A DNA stretch of 59,935 nt, taken from Verrucomicrobiota bacterium (GTDB lineage Bacteria; Verrucomicrobiota; Verrucomicrobiia; Limisphaerales; UBA8199). Below are positions 35,326-48,153 of this stretch, in pieces. The stretch covers positions 1-59,935 of the forward strand of contig JARKQH010000351.1 in the NCBI GenBank assembly GCA_029974925.1, given 5' to 3'. Numbering within the stretch: the first letter of the stretch is position 1; each line of letters begins with the position of its first letter. The translations under genes and the position numbers were made by a program. Below the pieces are notes generated by a model. The model worked only from the letters and a program-made list of their open reading frames with translations, searched no databases and had not been told where the DNA came from.

Positions 35326-37059
35326 TCACATCCCGGTGCCGGTCTGGCGAAGGACGAATAACGCGAGGAACTCCGCCGCCTTGCGAATCTCTTCCAGCTC
35401 GATCTGCTCCTGGTCGGCGTGCGCAAAGGCCAGTTGGCCGGGACCGAAGGTGAGGACCTCCATGCCGGGATATTCCGTCGCGAACAGCCGCGCATCGCAG
35501 GAGACGGTCCAGCCCAGCACGGGTTCCTGCGGCGGCAGCCCGCAAAGCTTCGCCGCGGCGAGCGCGTTGCGCATCGAGGCGGAGTCCGGGTCCCCATCGA
35601 ACGCCACGTTGTGAAGCTTTTCGTAGGTGACCTTGACCAGCGGCCCCGCGGGAGCTGTTCTGCCGAGGTGCCGGAGATAACTCTCGGCCCCGCGTTGGGC
35701 GGCCCGTTCCAAGCGCGTCATCACTTCGGTGATCGAATGGGTTGGCACAAAACCCTGTCCGCCCTCGAGGACCAGTTCGCTCCCCGCCGCCCGCTCGTCG
35801 AGTTCAAATCTCACCTTTCCCCCCGCCGCGGCTTCCAGCCGGGCACGCGAGTAAACCAGGCTTCGCACCAGGTGCGCCATCTTGGTAATGGCCCCATCCC
35901 GCTCGCGGATGGCGCCCATGTGGCCCGTCGCGCCATGAACGGTGATGCGGAAGGTCCTGCCGGAGCGGTTCACTTCAAAATGTTTCGGCACCATGGGCTT
36001 GCCCGTGGCCGGGTCGGCAACCTGGGATTTGTCTCCGTAAAGCCCCACGTAGGTGCGCAGGCCCGACTCAAGGCAGTCCCTCAACAATTGTTCGGCCTGC
36101 GGTGTGGCCGGCTTGGAAAAGACCACGCGAAAACGCACTTCGCCGCAAATCCGGCTCGGATGCTCGCCAAACGGACCAATGATGCCGTGGCAGGTCTGCA
36201 CCGGGCGCTGCGGAAACAGCGGGTGATGGCTTTCGGTCCGAATCGCCGCGCCCTCCTTTTCCATCTCTTCGTTCACGAACGCGAACATCTCGAAGGCGGA
36301 GACCCCTCGCGGCGGTTTGAGCGCCGCGCGATACCACACCGCGCCCCGGTTGGCCGGGTGAACTCTCAACCCGGTGCACTCGCAGACCACAAGAGTGTCG
36401 TAAAGCGACTTCAATTCCCGGTCCACCGCCAACGACAACGACCCGTTTCCGCCGGTTTCTTCCTCCACGACAAACATGCCCACCACATTCCGGTTGAACC
36501 GCACGTTCCGGCATCCCAGCGTCTCGGAAAGCACCTTCAATGCGCCCACAATCCCCACCAGCGGACCCTTGTCGTCGCATGCCCCCCGGCCAAACACCGT
36601 TCCCCCTTGCACTCGGGGCGGAAAATACGGCGCCACCACGTCCACGTGCGCGTTCAAGCCAACCGATGCCCCCCCTTGCTTTCGGCCTTCGCCGGGAATC
36701 ACGCAAACCAGGTTTGAACGGTTGCCGTAAACCTCGCGGGGTGAAAGTCCGGCCGGGCGGCTCGCTGTCTTGGTGAAGTGAAGCAGCGAGTAATGGGGAT
36801 GCTTCGCGATGGCGGGGTTCACCGGCCGCCTCTCCAGCCGTAGGCCGGGGAACGCCAGCCCGGCCAGCTCGCGCTCCAGGATGCGGAAACAGGCGTCTTC
36901 GGCCCGTCTCATCCGCTCCACTTTCGGCGACGGCGTGGTGTCCACCCGGCATAACTCGACCAGCAGGTCGCGAAGATATTTCAAAAACGCCGGCGCGCGG
37001 GTGCGAGCCAGAATGTCCGTCGTTACTTTCGTTTGAGTCCGGAGCGAAGCAGACGCCAT
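35326..37059 (-). CDS. M20/M25/M40 metallo-amidohydrolase (ArgE/DapE-like)
   Basis: NAHVDVV, GRGACDDKG, EEE, C-terminal AH motifs; start reassigned to ATG 37059. Confidence 0.85.
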   Translation of the reverse strand: MASASLRTQTKVTTDILARTRAPAFLKYLRDLLVELCRVDTTPSPKVERMRRAEDACFRILERELAGLAFPGLRLERRPVNPAIAKHPHYSLLHFTKTASRPAGLSPREVYGNRSNLVCVIPGEGRKQGGASVGLNAHVDVVAPYFPPRVQGGTVFGRGACDDKGPLVGIVGALKVLSETLGCRNVRFNRNVVGMFVVEEETGGNGSLSLAVDRELKSLYDTLVVCECTGLRVHPANRGAVWYRAALKPPRGVSAFEMFAFVNEEMEKEGAAIRTESHHPLFPQRPVQTCHGIIGPFGEHPSRICGEVRFRVVFSKPATPQAEQLLRDCLESGLRTYVGLYGDKSQVADPATGKPMVPKHFEVNRSGRTFRITVHGATGHMGAIRERDGAITKMAHLVRSLVYSRARLEAAAGGKVRFELDERAAGSELVLEGGQGFVPTHSITEVMTRLERAAQRGAESYLRHLGRTAPAGPLVKVTYEKLHNVAFDGDPDSASMRNALAAAKLCGLPPQEPVLGWTVSCDARLFATEYPGMEVLTFGPGQLAFAHADQEQIELEEIRKAAEFLALFVLRQTGTGM

Positions 37060-37205
37060 GGTGGCCGTTACTAACTCAGAAAGCTCCCCCACTGTCAAGG
37101 AGTCGGAAGGACAATTTTCGGAACGAAAATCGGCTGTGGACGCGTTGCACGCCCTCTCTCCCATGGCGGCACTCCCGCCCCGCGCCAGCGTGCGTCAACT
37201 TGAAA

Positions 37206-37644
37206 AGAATTTGCATTGGGGTCGCCCGCCTCGACTGCGCGCTGCGCGCGTGAGTTCCCCTGAGTGTTCCTCGCGAAATCCTCAAATCTCAAATCTGAAA
37301 TCCTAAAATCTGAAATTCATTGAAAACCCTGACGACCGTGAACCTGCGGTCCGACCCGGCCACCCCCGAGTGGGCAACCGCGCTCGAGGCGCACGGGGTG
37401 CGATTCACGGCCTTGGACACCAGCCCGCCCTGGGGACTGATTAGAATTTGCTTTAGGGGCGCCCGCCTCGACTGAGCGCTGCGCGCGTGAGTTCCCCTCA
37501 CTGTTCCGCTTGAAATCCTCAAATCTCAAATCTGAAATCCTAAAATCTGAAATCCATTGGAAGTCCTGACGACTGTGAACCCGCGGTCCGACCCGACCAC
37601 GCCCGAGTGGGCAAGCGCGCTCGAGGCGCGCGGGGTGCGATTCA
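37206..37644. repeat. Two imperfect direct repeats of 202 bp (period 237 bp) with internal AAATCT(C/G) heptamer arrays and hairpins
   Basis: 37206-37407 aligns with 37443-37644 at a constant 237-bp offset. Confidence 0.95.
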
Positions 37645-37779
37645 GGTAATCGGCCCACCAAAGACGTTGCGCGCGACCCGCTCAGCCCGGCGAGGTCCCC
37701 AAGGGACCGGCGGCAACAGCCCAAGCTTTCAACATTGGGTGACTGGGACGACCGGCCTGCAAGCACCGAAAAAACGGCT

Positions 37780-37827
37780 GAAGGTGGGAAAGTAGGAAGG
37801 TAACAAGGTAGGAAGGTGCGAAGGTTT
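37780..37827. repeat. Six tandem octamers, consensus GAAGGTRG
   Basis: gaaggtgg gaaagtag gaaggtaa caaggtag gaaggtgc gaaggttt. Confidence 0.85.
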
Positions 37828-38205
37828 AGCGTGAGGAGGTCAGCGGTCCGTGTCTGGGTCGCGCAGTTGTGCGGTCTCGGAATCTTGTCCCTGTCTTTGT
37901 GCCGTTGCGTTCTTTGCGGGCGATTCACTTCGCGGCCGTATGCCTCACACCAAGGACGCAAAAGACGCCCGAAACTTCCGCGTCCGTCTGCGTGGTCTGC
38001 GGGCCCCTCCGTCGAACCGCCGAGACGCAACGGAACGCAGAGCTCTGGCAATGCACGCTAGGCCATTTCCGCCCGCACACCCCACCTCAGCCGTTCCTCC
38101 GGGAGAGGTCAGGGTCGCAGGGGACGGCGCGCCCGACCCCGAAGGCTCAGGTGCGGCGCGCAGAACCCGGGAGGAGGCTCCACGCGTGACCGTGCGCGAG
38201 AACCG

Positions 38206-38352
38206 ACCGCGGATTTCGCGGATTTCACAGATGGCCTGCAAGCCAGACGGCCTGTGGCGTGACCGACCCGGCTCACCTGTCCCCGACAGCGCCATCCTTG
38301 CCGCTATGCTCTCCCGCTCTTTCTTATCCGTGCCATTCGCGCCATCCGCGGT
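38206..38352. repeat. MITE/REP-like element with 27-bp imperfect inverted ends made of three 9-mers
   Basis: Left ACCGCGGAT TTCGCGGAT TTCACAGAT; reverse complement of right end ACCGCGGAT GGCGCGAAT GGCACGGAT. Confidence 0.75.
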
Positions 38353-38656
38353 CAAACCGGGATTGGAAAGGAGGCTGGTGGTTGAGGCTCAGCCCCGGCC
38401 CCGACGGTGGGCTGTCCCCGGAAAATGGGCGGCATATGGGCTGACGAGGCCCGCCGATTACGAAGGAGGAAGCAGGGAAAGGCGGGTCTGATAATCGGAT
38501 TAAGGTCAGTCCGGAGGGTCGGCGGTCGGGCGGGAAGAATCTGGGTGAAAAAATCCACTTGTGAAAATTCGAACGTTGATGCACTGTCTCCGGGCTTTTG
38601 GGAAAACGATTGGCTTGACACCCCGGGCTGCGGTGTCTCCCGGATACGAATTAAAA

Positions 38657-39607
38657 ATGCTATTCGTTAGACTAACGTTAATTTGGCTCTGGATAGCCGG
38701 AGGCATGTGCGTCATGCCAGCCGTTGGCGCCGACCTGCATGCAAGTCCGGACGCGGCGGTCGGCGAGGTTTCGGCGCATGCGGAAGGGGTTGGGCACGAA
38801 CAACATCACGAGCTTCCGCCCAAAGCGCTGGAGATTGGCCGGGTGCTGGGCATTCCCATTACGAACTCGATGGTGATTTCGTGGGGAGTGGCGATTGGAT
38901 TGATCGTGTTTGCGCAGCTTGCCACGCGCCGCATGCAACTGGTGCCGTCCGGAGCCCAGAACTTCTGGGAGTGGCTGGTCGAAAGCCTGTATGATTTCCT
39001 CGAGGGCATCATTGGCAGCGAACTGGTCAAGAAGACCTTCTGGTTCTTTGCGACGATCTTCATCTTTATCCTTTTCACCAACTGGGTCAGCCTGATTCCC
39101 GGCGTCGGAACGTTGGGATGGGGCACGCGGACAGACCGCGGTTTTCAGGTCGAGACACCCTGGCTGCGGGGAGGCAACGCGGATTTGAACATGACCTTTG
39201 CCATGGCCATGATTTTCTTCGTCCTCTGGACCGTGTGGGCGCTCCAGGCCAACGGCGTGGGCGGCTTCATCAAGCACTTGTTCGCGCCCAAGGGAGACAC
39301 GACGGGATTCCTGAAGGCCCTGATGGTCATCGTATTCATTGCGGTCGGATTTCTGGAGATCATTTCGATTTTGTTCCGCCCGATCTCGCTGAGTTTCCGG
39401 TTGTTCGGGAATATTTTCGCGGGCGAGAACATGCTGGAGTCCATGATGGTGCTGGTGCCGTCGCTAAGCTGGTTGCTGCCGGTGCCGTTTTATTTCATGG
39501 AGCTGTTGGTGGGTCTGGTTCAGGCCATGGTGTTTATGCTGCTCACCGCCGTGTTCACCATGCTGATTTGTCAGCATGATGAGGAACACCCGGCCGCCTC
39601 TCATTAG
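38657..39607 (+). CDS. atpB: F0 ATP synthase subunit a
   Basis: ITNSM, P-x-GAQNFWEW, SLSFRLFGNIFAGE, LVQAMVF; start ATG 38657 likely. Confidence 0.95.
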   Translation: MLFVRLTLIWLWIAGGMCVMPAVGADLHASPDAAVGEVSAHAEGVGHEQHHELPPKALEIGRVLGIPITNSMVISWGVAIGLIVFAQLATRRMQLVPSGAQNFWEWLVESLYDFLEGIIGSELVKKTFWFFATIFIFILFTNWVSLIPGVGTLGWGTRTDRGFQVETPWLRGGNADLNMTFAMAMIFFVLWTVWALQANGVGGFIKHLFAPKGDTTGFLKALMVIVFIAVGFLEIISILFRPISLSFRLFGNIFAGENMLESMMVLVPSLSWLLPVPFYFMELLVGLVQAMVFMLLTAVFTMLICQHDEEHPAASH

Positions 39608-39695
39608 CGTCGGCGGGCGGTGAAAAATCCAATTTCGGCAGTTTGACCGTGTTCAATCGCGGGAGCTGCCGGACGAGAGAGAAAGGAAAACATAT

Positions 39696-39908
39696 ATGTT
39701 GATGCCTATGTTGGCGGAGTTGGCGGGCAACCTGCACGTCGGTCTGGCGGCGCTCGGCGCGGCCATCGGTGTGGGATTCATCGGCATGAAAGCCGCTGAA
39801 GCGGTCGGGCGCAATCCCGGCGCGGCCACCAAGATTCTGGTTCAGGCGATTCTCGCAATTGCGTTCGCCGAGGCCATTGTCTTTTACGCCATCTTCCTGG
39901 TGAAATAA
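39696..39908 (+). CDS. atpE: F0 ATP synthase subunit c
   Basis: GAAIGVG, GRNP loop, AFAEA essential Glu. Confidence 0.97.
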   Translation: MLMPMLAELAGNLHVGLAALGAAIGVGFIGMKAAEAVGRNPGAATKILVQAILAIAFAEAIVFYAIFLVK

Positions 39909-39957
39909 CCGCCAGGGGCGCGGGGCCCTTGCGGCTCCGCGCCCGGGCATTGAGCGA

Positions 39958-40515
39958 GTGTTTATGGAGCAGATCATGTTTTTTGGCAGTATCGGCAGCG
40001 ATTTGGCCGGGATGGCGAAGAACACCGCCCACACTTTCGGCGTGAACTGGCCGCTGTTTATCGCCCAGGTGGTCAACTTCACCCTCGTGGCGGTGCTGCT
40101 TTATTTCTTCGCCTATAAACGCGTGCTGGCCATGCTCGAGGAGCGGCGCCAGCGAATCGCCGAGGGCCTGGCCAACGCGGAGAAAATCAAGGCGGAACTC
40201 GCCCGGGCCGAACAACAGCGGCAGGAAACCCTGGCCCAAGCCAACGCCCAAGCCACCAAGCTCATCGAGGAGGCGCGGGCCGCCGCCGCCCGGGTGCAGG
40301 AGCAGGAAACCCAGAAAGCCATTGCCACCGCCGAGCAGATCATCAGCAAGGCCCGCGAGGCCGCCGCGGCGGACCACGCCCGCATGCTGGCCGAATTGAA
40401 GCGGGAAGTCGGCCGGCTGGTGGTGCAGACCACCGCCACCGTCACCGGCAAGGTTTTGACTCCGGACGACCAGCGGCGGCTGGCCGAGGAAGCGGCCCGC
40501 CAGATCGCGGCTTGA
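39958..40515 (+). CDS. atpF: F0 ATP synthase subunit b
   Basis: NWPLFIAQVVNF TM, LEERRQRI coiled coil; start may be ATG 39964. Confidence 0.95.
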   Translation: MFMEQIMFFGSIGSDLAGMAKNTAHTFGVNWPLFIAQVVNFTLVAVLLYFFAYKRVLAMLEERRQRIAEGLANAEKIKAELARAEQQRQETLAQANAQATKLIEEARAAAARVQEQETQKAIATAEQIISKAREAAAADHARMLAELKREVGRLVVQTTATVTGKVLTPDDQRRLAEEAARQIAA

Positions 40516-40528
40516 GGGGCGCAACGGC

Positions 40529-40921
40529 ATGAAAGTCTCGAAACAAGCGCGACGCGAGGCGAAAGCCCTCTTCCGCGGCTGTCTCCGTGACGGCGCGCTG
40601 GACGAAGGGCGGGTCAAGGCCTCCGTCCAATGGCTCCTCGAGCGCAAGCCGCGCGGCTACCTGGCCATTGCCGCCCACTTTCAGCGCCTGGTGAAGCTGG
40701 AATTGGAGCGGCGCACCGCCCGGGTCGAAAGCGCCACCCCGCTGGCGCCCGAGTTGCAGGCCGGCATCCAGACCCAGCTCTCCCGCCTGTACGGGGCAGG
40801 CTTGAACATCAATTTTGTGCACAATCCCGCCTTGATTGGCGGATTGCGGGTCAAGGTGGCGAGTGACGTCTATGACGGGAGCATCCAAGGCCGGTTGAAC
40901 CAATTGGCTGCCAGTTTTTGA
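40529..40921 (+). CDS. atpH: F1 ATP synthase subunit delta (short form)
   Basis: VESATPL, NPALIGGLRVKV...DGS motifs. Confidence 0.93.
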   Translation: MKVSKQARREAKALFRGCLRDGALDEGRVKASVQWLLERKPRGYLAIAAHFQRLVKLELERRTARVESATPLAPELQAGIQTQLSRLYGAGLNINFVHNPALIGGLRVKVASDVYDGSIQGRLNQLAASF

Positions 40922-40933
40922 TCAGATTCAGAT

Positions 40934-42466
<1,533 letters not shown>

Positions 42467-42475
42467 CGCCCGTCA

Positions 42476-43354
42476 ATGCCCAGCACCCGCGACATCCGCC
42501 GGCGCATCAAGTCGGTCAAGAACACGGCCCAGATCACCAAGGCCATGCAGATGGTCGCCGCCTCGAAAATGCGGCGGGCGCAGCAGGCGGCCCTGGCCGG
42601 ACGCCCCTACGCCACCATGATGAACGGCGTGCTGGCCGAGGTCACCCATCACGCCGGCGATTTCACCCACCCCCTGATGGAGGAACGGGAAATCAAGAAA
42701 CGCTGCGTCATCCTGGTCAGCAGCGACAAGGGCCTGTGCGGCGCCCTCAACAGCAATCTGCTGCGCGAAGCCGCCCGGTTCGACAAGGCCACCACCCTCT
42801 TCATCACCGCCGGGCGCAAGGCCGCCCAGTTCGTGGCCCGCACGCGGCGCCACCTGGCCGCCGAGTTCACCTACAAGGACGCGCCCTTGTTCAGCGAGGC
42901 GCGGGCCATCTGCAAATTCGCGCGCGAGCTGTTCGTCCGCGGCGAGGTGGACGTGGTCGAGGTGCTGTACACGAATTTTGTCTCGACGTTGAATCAAAAG
43001 CCCGAGGTGATCCAACTGCTCCCGGTGGGCGAGATCAAGGGCTTCACCATCGGCGTCCACGGCGAGGAGCGCGCGCAAAAACTCGAACGGGGCGCCACCG
43101 AGTTTTTGTTCGAGCCCTCGGCCGGGCAGGTGCTGGGGGCGTTGCTGCCGCACTACCTCAACTTCCAGATTTACCAGGTGCTGCTCGAGGCCAAGGCCAG
43201 CGAGCACAGCGCGCGGATGGTGGCGATGAAGAACGCGACGGACAACGCGCACCAGCTCATCCGCGACCTCACCCTGCAATACAACAAGATGCGCCAGGCC
43301 AGCATCACCAACGAGCTGCTCGAAATCAGCAGCGCCGCCATGGCCCTGAGCTGA
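42476..43354 (+). CDS. atpG: F1 ATP synthase subunit gamma
   Basis: IKSVKNTAQITKAMQMVAASK, SDKGLCG, RQASITNEL. Confidence 0.99.
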   Translation: MPSTRDIRRRIKSVKNTAQITKAMQMVAASKMRRAQQAALAGRPYATMMNGVLAEVTHHAGDFTHPLMEEREIKKRCVILVSSDKGLCGALNSNLLREAARFDKATTLFITAGRKAAQFVARTRRHLAAEFTYKDAPLFSEARAICKFARELFVRGEVDVVEVLYTNFVSTLNQKPEVIQLLPVGEIKGFTIGVHGEERAQKLERGATEFLFEPSAGQVLGALLPHYLNFQIYQVLLEAKASEHSARMVAMKNATDNAHQLIRDLTLQYNKMRQASITNELLEISSAAMALS

Positions 43355-43370
43355 CCCCCGGAATTTCTGA

Positions 43371-44789
<1,419 letters not shown>

Positions 44790-44813
44790 GCTGGCGCGCG
44801 CGCCCCACCCGTC

Positions 44814-45227
44814 ATGGCCAATCGTTTGAAACTCGAGATCGTCACCCCGGAGGCCCTGACCTACTCGGCAGAGGTCGAGATGGTCACCCTGCCGGGCATC
44901 GAGGGGGAAATGGGAGTTTATCCCAACCACGTGCCTTTGATGACCCAAATCATGGCGGGCGAGGTCATCGCGCGCAAGGATGGGCAGGATCAATTCCTGG
45001 CGGTGGGCGAGGGCTTTGTGGAGATCACCGCCGAACGGGTGGCGATCATGACCGACATGGCCATCCTGGCCGAGAACATTGACGAGGCCAAAGCGGAAGA
45101 GGCCCGCCGGCGGGCCGAGGCGCGCCTGAACGAAAAACTGGATGATGCCGAAGCGGCGCTGGTCAACGCGGCGCTGGCACAGTCCCTGGCCCAGCTCAAG
45201 GTCAAACGCCGCCAGCGCGGCGGGTAG
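44814..45227 (+). CDS. atpC: F1 ATP synthase subunit epsilon
   Basis: LEIVTPE, GEMGVYPNH motifs; last gene of the atp operon. Confidence 0.97.
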   Translation: MANRLKLEIVTPEALTYSAEVEMVTLPGIEGEMGVYPNHVPLMTQIMAGEVIARKDGQDQFLAVGEGFVEITAERVAIMTDMAILAENIDEAKAEEARRRAEARLNEKLDDAEAALVNAALAQSLAQLKVKRRQRGG

Positions 45228-45323
45228 CGTTCCCAACACCGGCCAGGTTTTCGACAGCGGGGCAGGGCAGGGGACCCGGGCGGCCCAGCCCCCGCCGGCA
45301 GCCCTGGCGCCCCTGTCACCCTG

Positions 45324-47345
45324 TCAATGGCCGAGCAAGGCTTTTGCGGCGCGATAAACGTTCTCGGAAGTGAAACCAAACTGCTGCCACAATTCCTTGA
45401 ACGGCGCCGACGCGCCAAATCCCTCGCGGGCAATCAACGCCCCGTCCAGGCCAATGTAACGATGCCAGCCCAGCGGGGCGCCGGCTTCGATCGCCACCCG
45501 CTTCCGCACCGCGGGCGGCAGGACCTGGTCGCGATACTCGCGAGGCTGCCTTTCGAACAGCTCGAAGGAGGGCATGCTCACCAGCCGCACTTTGATCCCC
45601 TCGGCCGCCAGCTTCTCCGCCGCCTCGCAACAGAATTGCACTTCCGAGCCGCTGCCGATCAGGATCACGTCGGGCGTGCCGTTCGAATCGGCCAGGATGT
45701 AGCCGCCGCGTCGAAGCCCGGCGGCCGGCGCGTAGCGAGTGCGGTCCAGCGTGGGCATGGCCTGCCGGCTCAGGATGAGGGCGACGGGATTCTTTTGTTG
45801 CTCGAGGGCGACACGCCAGGCTTCGGCCACCTCGTTTGCGTCGGCCGGCCGGATGACCACCATGTGGGGAATGGCACGGAGGGCGGCGAGCTGTTCGATG
45901 GGCTGATGGGTCGGCCCATCTTCACCCACCCCGATGCTGTCATGGGTGAAGACATGAATCACAGGCAGTTCCATCAGCGCGGCCAGGCGCAGGGCCGGCT
46001 TCGCATAATCCGAGAACACAAAAAAGCCGGAGCCATAAGGACGGAGTTTGCAGAGGGCCATGCCGTTGCAAATCGCGGTCATGGCATGCTCGCGCACCCC
46101 GAAGTGGAAATTGCGGCCACCGTATGCGCCTTTGGCGAAGTCGCCCGCGCCCGACAGGTTGGTCTTGGTTGAGGGGGCCAGGTCCGCCGCGCCACCCAAC
46201 AACCACGGCACGGTTTTGGCAATGGCATTCAAAACCTTCCCGCCGGATTCGCGTGACGCCAGACCCTTCGCGTCCGCCGGGAATGTCGGAATCTCGCGGT
46301 CCCAACCCTCGGGAAGGCGGCCGGACTGAAGCAATTCCCACTCCCGCGCCAGGTCCGGATGGGCTTGGCCATAGGCGGCGAGCTGCTGTTTCCAGGCCTC
46401 CTCGGCCGCCGCGCCGCGCTTGAGGGCTTGCCGGGTGTGGTCCAGGACCTCCTGCGGGACCAGAAACTTGGCGTCCTCCGGCCAGCCGTAGCGTTTCTTG
46501 GTCAGGCGAATTTCCTCCTCGCCCAAGGGCTCGCCGTGGGCCGCGTGAGTATCCTGTTTGTTGGGGGCGCCGTAGCCGATGTGGCTGTCCACGATGATCA
46601 GCGACGGGCGGCTGGTTTCCTTGCCGGCCAGTTCGATTGCCCGGGCCAGGGCAGGGAGGTCATTGACATCGCCGACATGCTGCACATTCCACCCGTAGGC
46701 AAGGAAGCGGGTGGCGACGTCTTCGCTGAAAGCCAAATGGGTGCCGCCTTCGATGGTGATGCGGTTGTTGTCGTAAATCCAGAGGAGTTTGTGCAGACCG
46801 AGATGGCCGGCAAGCGAAGCCGCTTCGCTCGACACCCCTTCCATCATGTCCCCATCCCCGCAAATGGCGAAGGTGCGGAAGTCCACCAGTTCATGCCCCG
46901 GCCGGTTGAAATGCGCCGCCAGCCAGCGTTCCGCGATGGCGATGCCGACGCTGGTGCCCAAGCCCTGCCCGAGCGGGCCGGTGGTCACCTCCACCCCGGG
47001 GGTCAACCCATGCTCGGGGTGGCCGGGGGTGCGGCTGGCCCATTGGCGGAACCGCTTCAGTTCCTCGAGGGGCAGATCGTAACCGAACAAGTGGAGCAGG
47101 CTGTAAAGCAGCATCGAACCATGGCCGCCCGAGAGGATGAAGCGGTCGCGATTGGGCCACTGCGGGTTGGCGGGGTTGTGCCGCAGGTAGCGGTCCCAGA
47201 GGAGGTAAGCCACGGGGGCCAGCGCCATCGGCGCGCCCGGATGGCCGGACTTGGCCTGCTGAACGGCATCCATCGCAAGCGTGCGGATGGTGTTGATGCA
47301 AAGTTGGTCGAGCGGAGAGGTGGTTTGGCGATCGAGCGGGGTCAT
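45324..47345 (-). CDS. tkt: Transketolase
   Basis: [35 protein letters not shown]. Confidence 0.98.
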   Translation of the reverse strand: MTPLDRQTTSPLDQLCINTIRTLAMDAVQQAKSGHPGAPMALAPVAYLLWDRYLRHNPANPQWPNRDRFILSGGHGSMLLYSLLHLFGYDLPLEELKRFRQWASRTPGHPEHGLTPGVEVTTGPLGQGLGTSVGIAIAERWLAAHFNRPGHELVDFRTFAICGDGDMMEGVSSEAASLAGHLGLHKLLWIYDNNRITIEGGTHLAFSEDVATRFLAYGWNVQHVGDVNDLPALARAIELAGKETSRPSLIIVDSHIGYGAPNKQDTHAAHGEPLGEEEIRLTKKRYGWPEDAKFLVPQEVLDHTRQALKRGAAAEEAWKQQLAAYGQAHPDLAREWELLQSGRLPEGWDREIPTFPADAKGLASRESGGKVLNAIAKTVPWLLGGAADLAPSTKTNLSGAGDFAKGAYGGRNFHFGVREHAMTAICNGMALCKLRPYGSGFFVFSDYAKPALRLAALMELPVIHVFTHDSIGVGEDGPTHQPIEQLAALRAIPHMVVIRPADANEVAEAWRVALEQQKNPVALILSRQAMPTLDRTRYAPAAGLRRGGYILADSNGTPDVILIGSGSEVQFCCEAAEKLAAEGIKVRLVSMPSFELFERQPREYRDQVLPPAVRKRVAIEAGAPLGWHRYIGLDGALIAREGFGASAPFKELWQQFGFTSENVYRAAKALLGH

Positions 47346-47384
47346 GTTCTGGATAAGATGGGTGAGGATTGAATCATGAGCGGA

Positions 47385-48140
47385 TCAGAGTTTGAGCGCG
47401 CGCTGGCGATAAGCTTCATCGGGGCGTCCCGCAATCCGCTGCACGTTCGCGTCGGAGAAGAAAACGGGGCCTCCCAACGCGGCCGCGCCGACGAAAATGC
47501 GGGCGGCTTTTTCAGCCATCAACATGGCCGAAAGCACGGCCTGGCGCGTGGCCCCCAGCGTAATGAGGCCGTGGTTTTCCATCAGCACCACGCGCGGTTG
47601 CTGATGCCGCTGTTTGATGAAATCCTCGGTGGCCTCCCGGATCGCTTGGGCCAGTTTCAAGCCCGGGTCCGTATAGGGCACAAAAACCGAAGCCGTGCCG
47701 CAGCAGACGATTTCGTCGGGAAACATCCGGCGGGTGGCGAAATCCCGCGCGCGCGGCGAGCAAAGGATTTGGTTCACGGTGGTGGCATGGCTGTGTCCGA
47801 CAAACTTGATGCCGGGCAACGTGAGGAAGTAGGCATGGAAAACCGCCTCGACCGACGGTTTCTTGGCGCCGGCATCCACGCGCGCCCCCAGCAGCGCCTG
47901 GTCAATTTCCTGGTCGGTGAGGCTGGCCTTTTCGAGCAACGGCAACAGCGCTGAAAACCGGCATTCGACAACGTCCTCGGGCTGGAGTGTGCCCAGACAG
48001 GTGCCGCTGGCTTTGACCAGAAAGGTTTCGTCGCCGAGGCGGGCGGAGGTGTTGCCCTCGCCCAGCATGGCCAGGCCGCGTTCTTCGCGGCCGATTTCAT
48101 GGGAGAGCGTGAGGAGTTCCTGGAGGATGGGATTTTGCAT
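47385..48140 (-). CDS. Class II aldolase/adducin family protein
   Basis: GEGNTSAR, KPSVE, GHSH, NHG metal motifs. Confidence 0.9.
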   Translation of the reverse strand: MQNPILQELLTLSHEIGREERGLAMLGEGNTSARLGDETFLVKASGTCLGTLQPEDVVECRFSALLPLLEKASLTDQEIDQALLGARVDAGAKKPSVEAVFHAYFLTLPGIKFVGHSHATTVNQILCSPRARDFATRRMFPDEIVCCGTASVFVPYTDPGLKLAQAIREATEDFIKQRHQQPRVVLMENHGLITLGATRQAVLSAMLMAEKAARIFVGAAALGGPVFFSDANVQRIAGRPDEAYRQRALKL

Positions 48141-48153
48141 AATTCAAGAGGGC

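Noticed and set aside
37206-37644. CRISPR array
   Set aside because: Only two 202-bp units with a 35-bp gap; no 25-45-bp repeat/spacer periodicity and no cas genes.
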